Below, one piece after another: positions 26,142-38,236 of a stretch of 64,000 nucleotides of DNA (position 1 is the first letter of the stretch; every line of letters begins with the position of its first letter). Made by a program: the position numbers and the translations under genes. A model generated the notes under the pieces. The model worked only from the letters and a program-made list of their open reading frames with translations, did not search any database and was not told the DNA's origin. This DNA is from Trichoplax sp. H2 (lineage: Eukaryota), in NCBI GenBank assembly GCA_003344405.1, contig NOWV01000129.1, positions 62,001 through 126,000 of the forward strand, read 5' to 3'.

Positions 26142-29100
26142 TTAGAACAACGTGTAATTTTTAGGATATTTCTTCAATATCAGACGCTTGTAACAATTTG
26201 CAATGTGATGCCAGTTCAGTTTCTCCAACATCTATTGGTATCAGAAAGCAACAAATTTTTAATAGCAGTGCATACCTTGTAGTGTAGTTATACATATAGC
26301 TTTTACTCACAGTCGTGCTATATTCAGTTATAGTATGTATACCTTTGTGCCGTTAATCCAAACTCATAATTATTATTTCTGATAATGTATCATGTATTCA
26401 ACAAACTATTTCTACGTGATGCAGTACTATCAATCTAAGCTTATTAATTTTCGAATAGATCGTATCATGTAACTGGTTACTTGCACTCATTATCTATCAA
26501 TCTAAAGTCAACAGTGGGATTATCTGGAGTAATATGCAGTTATACTATCCACATTGCAGAAATGATAACGAGTTCCCTTACCGCTATCATTTCTTCGTAC
26601 AAGCGCTTTGTTGAAGAGGATTCTTTCATTTGGATTTGAAGAATACCTATGGCTCTTGCATATTGTTTTAATGTTATTGCATGGACCAAAATAAAAGCAA
26701 GGGCCTAGGATATAATTTTTAATCGATGCAACACATTACATTGATGACAATCTAATGAATTTAGTATCAATCATATAAGAAATTTCTAACATACCCTATG
26801 GTTTTTAAGGTCTATCCATTTAGATAATTCGCAGTAGACATCGTTCATAGCCGATACTAAAAGATAAAGGATAAATATTACTGTCAGTTTCATGCCAATT
26901 TTTTATAATTCTGACCATACACTATTAATTTATCTAAATCACTACACTTGATAATGAGATATCAATAGGTTGTGAGATTTATACACGTATATTTCCCAAG
27001 GCAGCGGCTATAAAGAGTCTATTTTTTATCCAATGGGTAGATACAACCATAAATACAGACACGTTCATTATCGAAAAAAGCAAGTGTAATGAAAAATTCT
27101 CTAACCAGTCGCTTGATATCGAGCTGATTCTTCTTCTAGACCTATCGTTGAAATGTTATTAATACACAAGAACCAATTGCATATATTATCGTATGATACA
27201 TTCTATCTTACATTCTAGTTGCTTAGCTAATAATCCCATATTCTTTCCCTACATGGCAGCGAGCAATTAAAAGTGATGCAACGAAACGCTAAGTAATTAA
27301 AAATAAACTATCTAGATGATATAGTCAAGAGGATTTATACTTTGCATATTAGTGATTCGGTGAGGTATTTCTTCTTTTCGTCCATTTCACTACAATTACA
27401 AATATCGCAATGCATGTCTAAATAAGCTGTAAGTATTTCTTAAATAAAAGAAGCTCTTGCTATTGTAGGACAAATAAATATACATTACCTTTTCTTTTTA
27501 GCTGCATTTTCGGATAAATCTGATATCATACCATAAAAATTCAGTAAGGCATTTGTATCGATCTAAAGAATTAAAATGAATTTGGTATATCATGGTGTCC
27601 AAATTAAGTTAGATTAATATAAAGATATGCTTCCATATATAACATTACCAAATCGATAATGCACTGAGCTGCTTTTATAACATTTTCAAAAGCTTCAACG
27701 GATCCATGCTACATAATGATAGTATTAGGAGAGAGTAAGTCACAGAACTGTATTGTCTTCTAGTGTTATTAACAATAGTGATTAAAAGCTGGATATACAA
27801 CACCCTTACTTTATTTGCTGCTACATCTAACATTTTCATTCTCTCAACTTTAAGCGAAAGATCATCCTCGTACTTTTGTTCTAGGTCCTTGTACAGTTTA
27901 TCTCCATGTTCAAAATCCATTCTATAATTGATATTTAACAGATTTGCTTTAAATATTAGAAAGATTTCAATCATTAAAAGTTATCATATGAATCAGCTTT
28001 AATAATGAATAAAAATATAAATAGTTTAAAAACCTGGTTAACCAGGATAACATAAATTTCTTATGTGCCGCTTCAAAATCATTGTTTGCCTATAATAATT
28101 ATGGTGTATGGATTCCTGTTAGATACATAGCAAGATTTATGCATATAAACACAAATTCTGCAATACTAACGCTGTTAGAGCCAGATGAAGATAAAGGGGT
28201 TGTTCCAATGTTATAGGTAAATGGATAATTAAGCTGATGATAATTCATAAAGAACAAAAGTGCTTGGTCTATACTTGCTCAAGAACAGGATCTTAATGAC
28301 AGAATATTATATACTTTACCGATTTTCCACTACTGGAATAAGATATTGTTCCAGTTAAATACATTCCAGGCTTTGCACCCTTCGGTAGTCTATAAAAAGT
28401 ATGAAAAGGATTAATCTAATAGTTAGAAAGTTTGTCTTTATAGTAAAATTGAGTTGTGATTTAAGGAAGCAGTACATGATAAATGTATAGTTATTTACTT
28501 AATAAAGTTTGTAGTTGGGAATATTATAGAATATCAGTGGCATTTTGTGTATATACATACGAGTATAATAATAATGATAATTTGGCATACTTATCATCAT
28601 CGAGAGGTGCGAAGTAAAGTACTGCAGTATTGTTCTTGTTGAGCCAATAGTTATTTGATATTTTTGACCCTCCAGATAATGCTTTCAGCTGAGATGAATA
28701 GACATCTAACGAAACGGAATTAGCAAGTTTATGCTCTAAAAGTACTGGTATATTCTTTAAACGTTCCAAGAGGTCTCGTTTGTCATGACGAACCTATTAA
28801 AAATTGGTTACCATTACAAAATGTTGATCATATTCTAGTACTATGAATACATAAGCGTATACATAGCGTGCTGTTTGCCGTGAAAAAATAGACTTACTTG
28901 TAATTTTAATATATAGTCCCCTTTGTCTAACTTTACTTTATACTAAAAATAAAAATGTATCATCAATATTAATTAGCAAAAATTTTAGTTAATAAACAAA
29001 ATAGCATTTTTGCAGACCTGATGAGGAAAGGCATCACCAGAAGCAATGTGTTGCTTGTTCTTATCGAATATCATCCAAAGTTGAGATTCATATAATGCCT

Positions 29101-32100
29101 CATATAGTAGATCGCTCAGTAATGAGACATTAGGACGCACTTCACATGAATTTTCCTTTACCAGATTAAAATTAAATGGTTTTATTAATCAACATTCATG
29201 TAGGTGGTCAATAACAAAGATCTTTAACTAGCCTTTTCATGATCATGATTTTATAATTCGGTATTTATCACACGTATATTTACTAACTATGGAAAATTTA
29301 TAATCCAATATATTTTCATAGATTTGTCTCCCGTTCGGTAGTAAATCTCTTTCAGTTAGGGGTTTTATTGTTGAAGAAATAGGTCTGTTAACGACGGTCA
29401 TGGCAAAAAGTTAAAAAATGCTGAAATGCGCAAGTCATGCTAGAAATGATCTAAGTAAATATCGCTTTGTTCAATTAACCTAATAGCTTCAGCCATATGG
29501 TCCAGATTGATGCTAATACTCATATTCTCACGTCGAAATGGAGACGTCACAGTTATTCTATGTATTCCACCGCAGGAGTGCTAGATAAGTTTTGAAAGTT
29601 TTTTGTTAGACATACAGATAGAAAGTAGGATAACTTTGCAAAATTGGCTAAAGTTAATCATTCTAATCAAATCTCATACCATTGCTACGTTTCTTTCGTT
29701 CGGTAAAAGGCTGTGAAATGTTATAGCATACTTTATTTTTTTGCTCTCTCGTGTTGACCACCAACTGGTCAAACATAACTCTAAAGTTTTTTCCCCCTTG
29801 AATTCAAGTTAGATTAATGATTACTTACATGTTGCAGAGCACTTAATACTACCGCAGATAAACCTTTCTGACCTCAACTTTAAAAGTAATATTTTTAGTT
29901 TCTCCACAGCCTAATGTGACACGATTATTACTAAATTGATATTTAAATGACTTGTCCTTGTGTAAGTGCGACATATCTAATACCATGGTAAATTTACCAC
30001 TCTCTTCGAGAGACGTTAGTGCTATTTCTAGTAGATTAATGTCAAAAACAAGCATACTTACTCATAGATGTGTAAAATATTATAGAAATGAATTTAAAGA
30101 TTTTTGTAGGTACTTACCAACCCAAGTCGCTTTCGGTGGAGTTGCAATAAACATACGTTTAATCTGGCCTTTATCTAGAGTCAGGCTTTCTGATATGGGT
30201 GTTAACGGATCTCGAATACTGAAATTTAGATGAAATAATGTGTTGCTAAAATAATTGAAATCACGCCAATTTTTCAATGCTGCTAAACTTCATCATCCAA
30301 TTATGATTATATAAGCGTAGATACCTTATTGGTTTAGTAACCGTGATAGGAATTCTAAATAATGGGCCAAGTTCGATACAAGCGCTATCATATCCGCAGA
30401 TCTATAAGTGATCATTAGGAGTTATAATCTAGTTATTACTATCAATTCTTACATTTATGTAATATAATTTTGTATGAATTAGAAGTACTTATCATTCGCA
30501 CAATAACCTCAGAATAATGCGCTCCTGGCCGAAGATCGCTAGTATCAACTTTAATATCGAATGACCGCGCTATAGATAGTAGTAAACATAAATATTCATT
30601 GATAACCAATCATTGACAATTACGAAGGATTAAATAACAGATTTAGATTTTATACCGCTATTATTCAACATGAAATATTTTGGTGCATCAATCCATGTTG
30701 CAGTGGGTACCAGAGAAATGCGATACTCTAAATTGGCTTTAAGTTTCAAATCTAACATAAAAGTAGAGAATCGGATAGATCCTATATCAGTCGTTGTACA
30801 CATATTATAAAGTTGAAGCAAAAAAATGAAAATCATTGCTACGCTTACCAAGTTTACTTTTATAGCACGGTCGAACTCGAACAGGTAGATAAGAAATTGA
30901 AGATGTTTCCTGAGGCTCCCTAAGGTATATACCTCGTTTATCATAGCTGCTGCCACAGGTAATCTAAGAATTTTAAAAGAAGGATGTTTAACAGTATGAA
31001 TCGTTTTCAAGTTCCATAAAGTTTCATACCTCAAAATGGACGTTATTGTTGAGTTTATCTACAGAATTTCGTATATACTCGAAAGCTTTATCAACCTGTG
31101 TTTTAAAATTTAGTCATACTTTTAACAATGTCATCTTACCAAGGTAAGTTATTGTACATGAGATAGGAAGGCATTTGGAACAATTAAAATGTATCAGTAA
31201 CGGAGAAGCTAACCTGCAGTAGGCCATAGCCCATGGAAAAATGATCTTCACCTGTTGACGCAAATTAAGATCATACGTATAAGTATAGTATTGTAAGAAG
31301 CTAGTATACCTTCCTAAGGACAGATTTGATTTAAGTAATAGTTAACAGTAGTGTACCTGTGATTGATGATGCGGTATTTTCAACGGCACGACGAACGCTA
31401 CAAAAAGTGATTAAATTCAACATAAAGTCATTAATTTCATTCTTTCTTACTAAAAGTTATACCTTTTAGTAGCACAGTCGTTAATTATAGGATAAAATGA
31501 TGCTAGAGAAAATTTATACCTTGACGGAGAAAACGGAATTTGACAAGCTTTCAATCCAGATAATATAAGAGCTAAGGTATTGGAAAGATAATATGTATGA
31601 TTTGTTTGTCATTACTGTATTGATTTGCAAATTATGACAACAAATGAGACTTACCGATACCACCACATGCATTCGGTGATGACATTGAAGTGCCATTCAT
31701 GAGTTGTGAACTACTTAAGGTCCACTTAGGTACAGAAGCAATTGCTCCACCTGGAGCACTAATGCTAACACCTAAGGCACCATCAATGCTACGACAAAAT
31801 ATTGTAAAAATTTTAATGTCATAAAATAACTGCAGCCAGTAATATGCTACTAAAATTGTATCAGCGTTTACAGGTTTCATACAGCAGTACGTATAAAATA
31901 TATAATAAAGTCATTTCAGTCAAATCTGAATATAACCAAATCAAAATAGCACTGAGGTAGCAGGTGAGGATTTATAAAAAATATTTATACCATGGTCCTC
32001 TGGATGTCCACGTATACTGCATACTTTGTACTCTTTCAAGCAATGAATATTGGGCCGCCATCATTTTAGGAGTAACGTGAGCTCCAACGCCTACAAATCA

Positions 32101-35100
32101 TAAAATTGATGATTCATTCAAGATATTCGGTTATACCAACAAGGAACGTGGCTAACAGTAAAGTTGAGACTAGAGTTACACTTAGATTCCATTACTTACT
32201 GATAACACTAGAACAAGTACCGCCAGGAGATCCGACAGTTGACATTGCTGGCCCATTATTACCAGCGCTTGAAACCATGATAATGTCATGTTCATCGACA
32301 AATTCATTACATAGCTCCATAATGCGTCTATATGCCAACAGATAACAGTTATTGAGTTTATGCTTTGATGAATGTAGAGTACTACAACATTTATGAGATG
32401 CCTTTAGAGTATTTGCTTATTTCAATAGCATTAGTATACAGTATCTTCTGATATACATTATTGATGATAGTTTTAAAAATTGTAAATGAACCATGAACAT
32501 TCCTTTACCATGATATCGTGACATAGTGATGGATAACAGAGCATTATCAACCTTTTAGAGAATCTACGCATAACTGCATGCTTTACAAAGTCTCCAGCAT
32601 GAAGATACTGCTTTAGCAGTTATAAGAAAAAAGCTTGACTTCAATCGAAGCAATAATAAGAAGTTCTTACACTTCGCATGGGAATACTTATGGATGAGTT
32701 ACGTGTTATTAGGGGAGTTTAGACTGTTCCACAGTTATTTAGCGGATAGAAATATTGTAACACTGAAATATTTCTAACAGCTAATCTTGTATAGAGTACT
32801 TAAGGTGCCGGCAATCAGAATATAAAATTAATCGATTTATGGCTATCCTTAATTCAGTAACGAGTAAGAAAATCTATTATACCCCTCATTTGGCTTTTGG
32901 CATGCTTCTCCATAGCTCATATTAATTAGGTCACAGCCATAGTTCTTACTTGCAATAAGCTATTTAATATAATATTTGGATGTAAGATTGCAACGAGGCC
33001 TATTCATGATTTGCATAAATGATGAGCATATTTAAGGCAATTTAATGAGGTAAAAGGTACATACCCCGCGAACAATACCAGGTCCCGTTTCCATGGAATC
33101 TAATCTGGTGTCTCCAATTTTAACGGATAGGATCTGGTGACAGAATAGGAGTTGCTATACTAAGATTTTCATTAACATTTCATTGTACGTAACGTTGGTA
33201 AAAGATATACTCCTATTTATTCGAGAATTTAGCAGGATAATTTATAACGATACTAGGAACAGAATAGACTGACGAATGTATTACTTGAGCACCAGGAGCA
33301 ATTCCATTCTTTTCTGGTGTGCTTTCGAAATAGCCCGAAGTTATACAAGCTACATGAGTGCCATGTGATCCTAGAAGTATTATGCCATAAATGCAAAACT
33401 TTAATGTAAGCATGTACATGATTAATTTAGAAATTAAGGCCTTTGATAGTCTTGTAAATCCATACACTGGAGTATCATTTATAATCTTAACAAGGTATAA
33501 ATATGACATCAACTTGTACATGTTTGCAAGATAAATAGTTTCTGTTTACAAACGTCATGTTTCTGTCTAGTAATGTAAGACATTTTTATGTGAGTTAAGT
33601 ATGTAGATATGCTAACCTGCATTGGTTACTATCGATAATCGGTTTCCATCATCATATACTGATATGGTATAATTTAATAAATCTGTAAGCAAAGAGAACA
33701 AAGGATGAGTATTTTTATTTGCTGTGAGCAACGAACTAGAAAGAAAGCTTTAAAAATACTATTTCACAGATTTCTAATATGCGTATGGTTTGCTTAAAGT
33801 ACTAATAAACTAACGATATTAAAGATAACGTAATACCGTTCTATTTGGAGCCATAGCATGTATCACTACATTATATGTTTTATGCTTGATATTGCGGTAA
33901 GTAATGTGCAGAATAATATCTTGTTATAGTCCTATAATGTAATAAATTTTTTACCATCTTCGCCAAATGTTCCATATACGGGTTGTAGTCGAAATTCGGG
34001 CAAAACTGTACATTTGGATAGATTGCCAGTTTCTGTTGTGTCGATGACAGCTCTAGAAAATGGTGTAAAAATTTTAGCACGAATAAATCTCATTGCAAGT
34101 ATGTTATAGCGGTATCTACATCATAAAATCAATAGCAAGGGTGTTTAAATTATTTATTTGCAATACATAAATCCAGAGTATCCTATGGATTGATACTGTG
34201 TTCTAGTTGTGTTTGCATGGTAAAATGGCTGAAAATCATTAATGATTAGCAGGGTCTCTAAAGTATTTATTACCGATGTAATATACAGTATGTATTCAAA
34301 GTATATTTCACAAAATGGAAAGTCAGTGATATATAGCAGATCTGCAATAGGATCTCTTAAGTATTATTCCTAGGTTATAATAAATGAATTTAGAATATCC
34401 TATTGCTGATACTACGTTACAACTACTAACATGATAAAAAGGTTGAAAAAAGTCATTAATCTATAGTAAGGTCTCTAACATATTTATATAAAATCATCCA
34501 TAAATTTAAAGTATATCTCATTACCGATAGTACATGATAACTGCATTTATATGGTAAAATAGCTATAACATATCCTTGATCAACAGCCAGTCTATACTGC
34601 ATAGTAGATTATATATCTATTACTATACCATATTGATTCCTAATTCTAACTACCTCCAAACCGAACCATTATGGAAGACAACGCAATCAAAAATTGGTAG
34701 AGATTCATCGCCAATTTTATCTAAATTTTTTAATTGTTCAGTTCGCTGTTGTAATTCTTCACGCATAAGCTCATCTAGAAACGTCTAAAAATTATAAGGA
34801 GATGATATCAGACTTAAAAAATAAAAGGACGGAGCTGAACCTAGAATAGTCAATTTATGCTTAAATTTTCGTATCGACCTGCTTTTGCCCTTTACTTTCA
34901 GACTGTTGGAGCTCTCTTATTGCATCAGCAGTACATTTGGAATGGCTAGGTGCCCATTTTTTCTTGCGATATTCTTTCTGTTTAATAGTTATAGGCGTAT
35001 ACAGTATTATAAATTAGAAACTCCAAGGTATTTCTACTCCATATATTATAGAAAGAGTAGTAGGCTCGACGAAAGTAGGGCGCTGACGATCGATTCAATT

Positions 35101-36456
35101 CATTAATGAGATATGCTATTGCTATGTTAATCTAATATCACTAAAATAGAAATTTATATACAGTCACAGTTGGATGCCAATCTGCCGGTATTCAAACCGT
35201 TTTACCATTTTTAATATTGACTTCCATTAATTTGTAACAAATGCATAATGCTCAATAATCCATTCTTCTAGCATAAGAATGACTATGACATAACATTTAA
35301 TAGTATTAGGAAGATCAATGTCAATGGCTAATTGAAATTTTGTGAATCTGTCCATTCATGCCTTTCCTAACATTGTCAAGTGGGCCGGGATAGAACTGGA
35401 ATAGAAAGTATCCTACAAATTCATTTTACCTTGAGTCGATCGCAAAGTGGAGATGGGAATAATTCTGTTGCATGCTTGATACCAAGGTGAAATTTACCGG
35501 TTGGATTTTCCCATTCGGCTGGAATCTACAGCATATTTCCACGGTATCCATAAATTATAGTGATGGTGGATCAATTTTAAGTTGTCATAGGTCCACAGTA
35601 GAGCAGAAACAAATAAGGGTAGCAGAAGTAGTCGTTTTATTTTAGTACAGTCATCAGAGAAGGAAAATGATTACAACTACGGATTGTTGTTACAACATAG
35701 TGTAATCTGTATGAATTGATTGACCCCATGGAATGGTAGTCAGTCGGATTACCTGTAATTTTCGTCCTGTTAATCCAGTTACGGAGCCATCATCGTCGAT
35801 TGAAGAAACTGTTGAAGTATCGACATCACCGCTTCCAGTGCAATCAATACAATCGATAATTTTACGTCGGCCATCACTAGTCATCTATAGTATGAGGGGA
35901 AAAATGGAATCCATAGACGATTAACCAAGAGATTGAGCAGTTATTATGATGAATAAGTTTTACATCGAGTAGCATGAAGCAAGAAAAGAGTAGGAAATGA
36001 AGAAACTGCCCTAAAGCTCATCCTCTACTCTAGGCATCATGAAACCTACTATAGGGCTGAAATAGGACTACAAATCAACGATTGATCGCTCTACCATACG
36101 ACCTATGTACTAATCCTAACAACTCATTTCCTTTCTAGTAGAGCAAATCAATACCACAGTACATGCACTAGAATGATAAACTGACTACAGCAAAGGGAAC
36201 ATGTGCTGCAACCTCGATCAAGCTTGCAAGCGTCTCTCCAGCACGTGAGGACAACGATTATTGACAAGAAATGCTTTGCAAATGTTTATCTGTTTACCTG
36301 TAAACCATCCGCTCCAGGATCAACACCGGTATCAAAGATAGCAATGATCGTACCTCGACCATCATAGTCAGGATATTGGCGTAGAAATCGATCCGCTGCA
36401 GTTTCTTGCTTTGGCAATAAGTCTTGAAGAGGAAATTGGCTGCTAGGAGACGCCAT
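26142..36456 (-). CDS. TPP2: Tripeptidyl-peptidase II (subtilisin S8 family), roughly 30 exons
   Basis: Exon 36298-36456 [49 protein letters not shown] (catalytic Asp); ~33286-33371 [10 protein letters not shown] (His); SSAGNNGP (oxyanion Asn); ~31656-31788 [16 protein letters not shown] (Ser). Downstream exons read [31 protein letters not shown] and [19 protein letters not shown]. The last exon [29 protein letters not shown] parallels the vertebrate TPP2 C-terminus. There is an AATAAA on the minus strand at about 26085-26090. Confidence 0.97.
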
Positions 36457-37407
36457 TGCTTCCCTTACAGGATAAGAGCCTTCTTTAGTAGACGGACGGT
36501 TGTCTGGACGGACACCTGCTCTATTGTCCCATCTGGGCGGTTGTAAAGATGATGTATGGGCAGCAGGGTGCTGGTAACACACCAGGGGTGTCATTAATTT
36601 TGCTTGTAGGCATTTCCACTCGCTGTAACTTATTATGGAGTATACTTCCCGCTTAGAACGGATATATGCCGTGATTTTGTGGTAATTACAACAAGGGATT
36701 GGGATACACGGAATGTTATGTTTGTATCGGTCATGATCGACCATATATCCTCCTATCCAGTTCCTTATGATAGTTAACAACAAAACGAATGTCAGCTAAG
36801 TTACGCTTGTACCAAGGCAACCGGATAGTGTACACTGTACATCTACAGTGCACAAGGAGAACAACATGGACCGATTTGACAGTACCTCGTCTTCCATGAT
36901 TGAGAAACTCATGGGGGTGATTTATTATAGAACAGCTTGTATAGATTCAGCAAAACCTTTTCTATGATGGAGAAACTTACCGAGGTGTTTTATTTGCTTC
37001 TCTTTTACCTCTTGGCCAATCTTCTTTAGCCATGGAGCAAAATTGATGTCACTCCAACAACATTGGCTCAGGCAACATATTCTAGCGAAACAAAACGAAT
37101 GTCACTTATGCGATATTATGACTTTTAATTCAAGCATAGACATTTTTTATTCTATATATTCATACTGTGCACTGCACAGTATAGCGCAGTCACGAATCAC
37201 TGCAGAGTAGCTAAAGCTTCTTACCTCAATAATGTGTTGTCCTGCACAGTGTACACTGTACAGTACAGTCGAGACCTGAATGTCTGCTGTGCAGAAAGAT
37301 AGATACAAATCAGAGCTCGCAATGGATTGAGCTTGCAAGCCCCAAATTTACTCTATTTATTATTTTTTTATTTGGTCCAACCACTCCAACGACAGTCTTC
37401 TCTGCAC

Positions 37408-37475
37408 CATAGACTACTAATTCATAATTAATATTTTTTTAATTATAATTTGTTAATGATAATTAGTAGTCTATG
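37408..37475. mobile_element. 68-bp MITE-like DNA-transposon remnant with 15-bp TIRs and 7-bp TSD
   Basis: TIRs CATAGACTACTAATT (37408-37422) and AATTAGTAGTCTATG (37461-37475) are perfect reverse complements. They are flanked by the direct repeat TCTGCAC (37401-37407 and 37476-37482). The interior is AT-rich. Confidence 0.8.
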
Positions 37476-37977
37476 TCTGCACAGACTCTGGAATAATAAT
37501 GGTTGTCACCTTTACCTTGATGGCTAAGATAGCATGGGTGACACTCTTTTTACGGAAGCATTTTATTATCCTATAGTATGGTATGGTTGTCTTGTTGTAC
37601 TAAACAAAACTAATGTCACCTGTGTCAGGTTCTTCCTGCAGTATAGGTGATATATTACTGTTTCTTTTATTGACAGTATTTTCGTTTGCACGAATTTTAA
37701 AAATTCTACTAGTCCTTGACAATAGTAGAGAAGAGAGAAATGAGATGATGACACATTTGTAATCGATTGAGAGCGTGGAATGAATATGGAAAACAGAGCT
37801 TGCAAAATTTATTTATTGGCTGTATAGCAGCTACGGTCTGTACGTCTGCACCGTCCATGCTTCCTCATCAACCATGGCAATCTAGAGCAATAGTGCAAAA
37901 TTTTTTAAGGGTTTTGTATGCGATCCGAGGTATGGTCTTGTACAATGTAGTCAGATCTGCATCGGAAATAGTAGTGG

Positions 37978-38183
37978 GATGACGTCATCAGTGGTAGTCC
38001 GTGACTATCTATAGATTCTAGAGGGTACTGTATCATACATAGCTAAGGGATGGATAATTAATTATCAGCGTATCGGCGGAACTTTCACACCGGTCCAATT
38101 CCAGTTCCGGTTCGGACCGGTACAGCCTGGAGGTTACAGACTTACAGACACTGGCACGCCCGCTGATATTTCCAGCACGTGAC
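37978..38183. promoter_or_regulatory. CpG-richer TMEM164 proximal promoter with CRE/ATF palindrome GATGACGTCATC (37978-37989) and E-box CACGTGAC (38176-38183)
   Basis: Motifs read directly; local GC/CpG is raised over the AT-rich background just before ATG 38237. Function is inferred. Confidence 0.45.
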
Positions 38184-38236
38184 CTGACGGTAGTACGGAC
38201 TGCCCCTCGGACGACCATCGCCCATCCTCTTCGTCC

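Noticed and set aside
26142..36456. Non-canonical (GC-AG or U12) introns in TPP2
   Set aside because: All junctions I checked can be modelled as GT-AG. One uses a weaker AAG acceptor (~29156) but gives a gap-free match to the TPP2 pattern.
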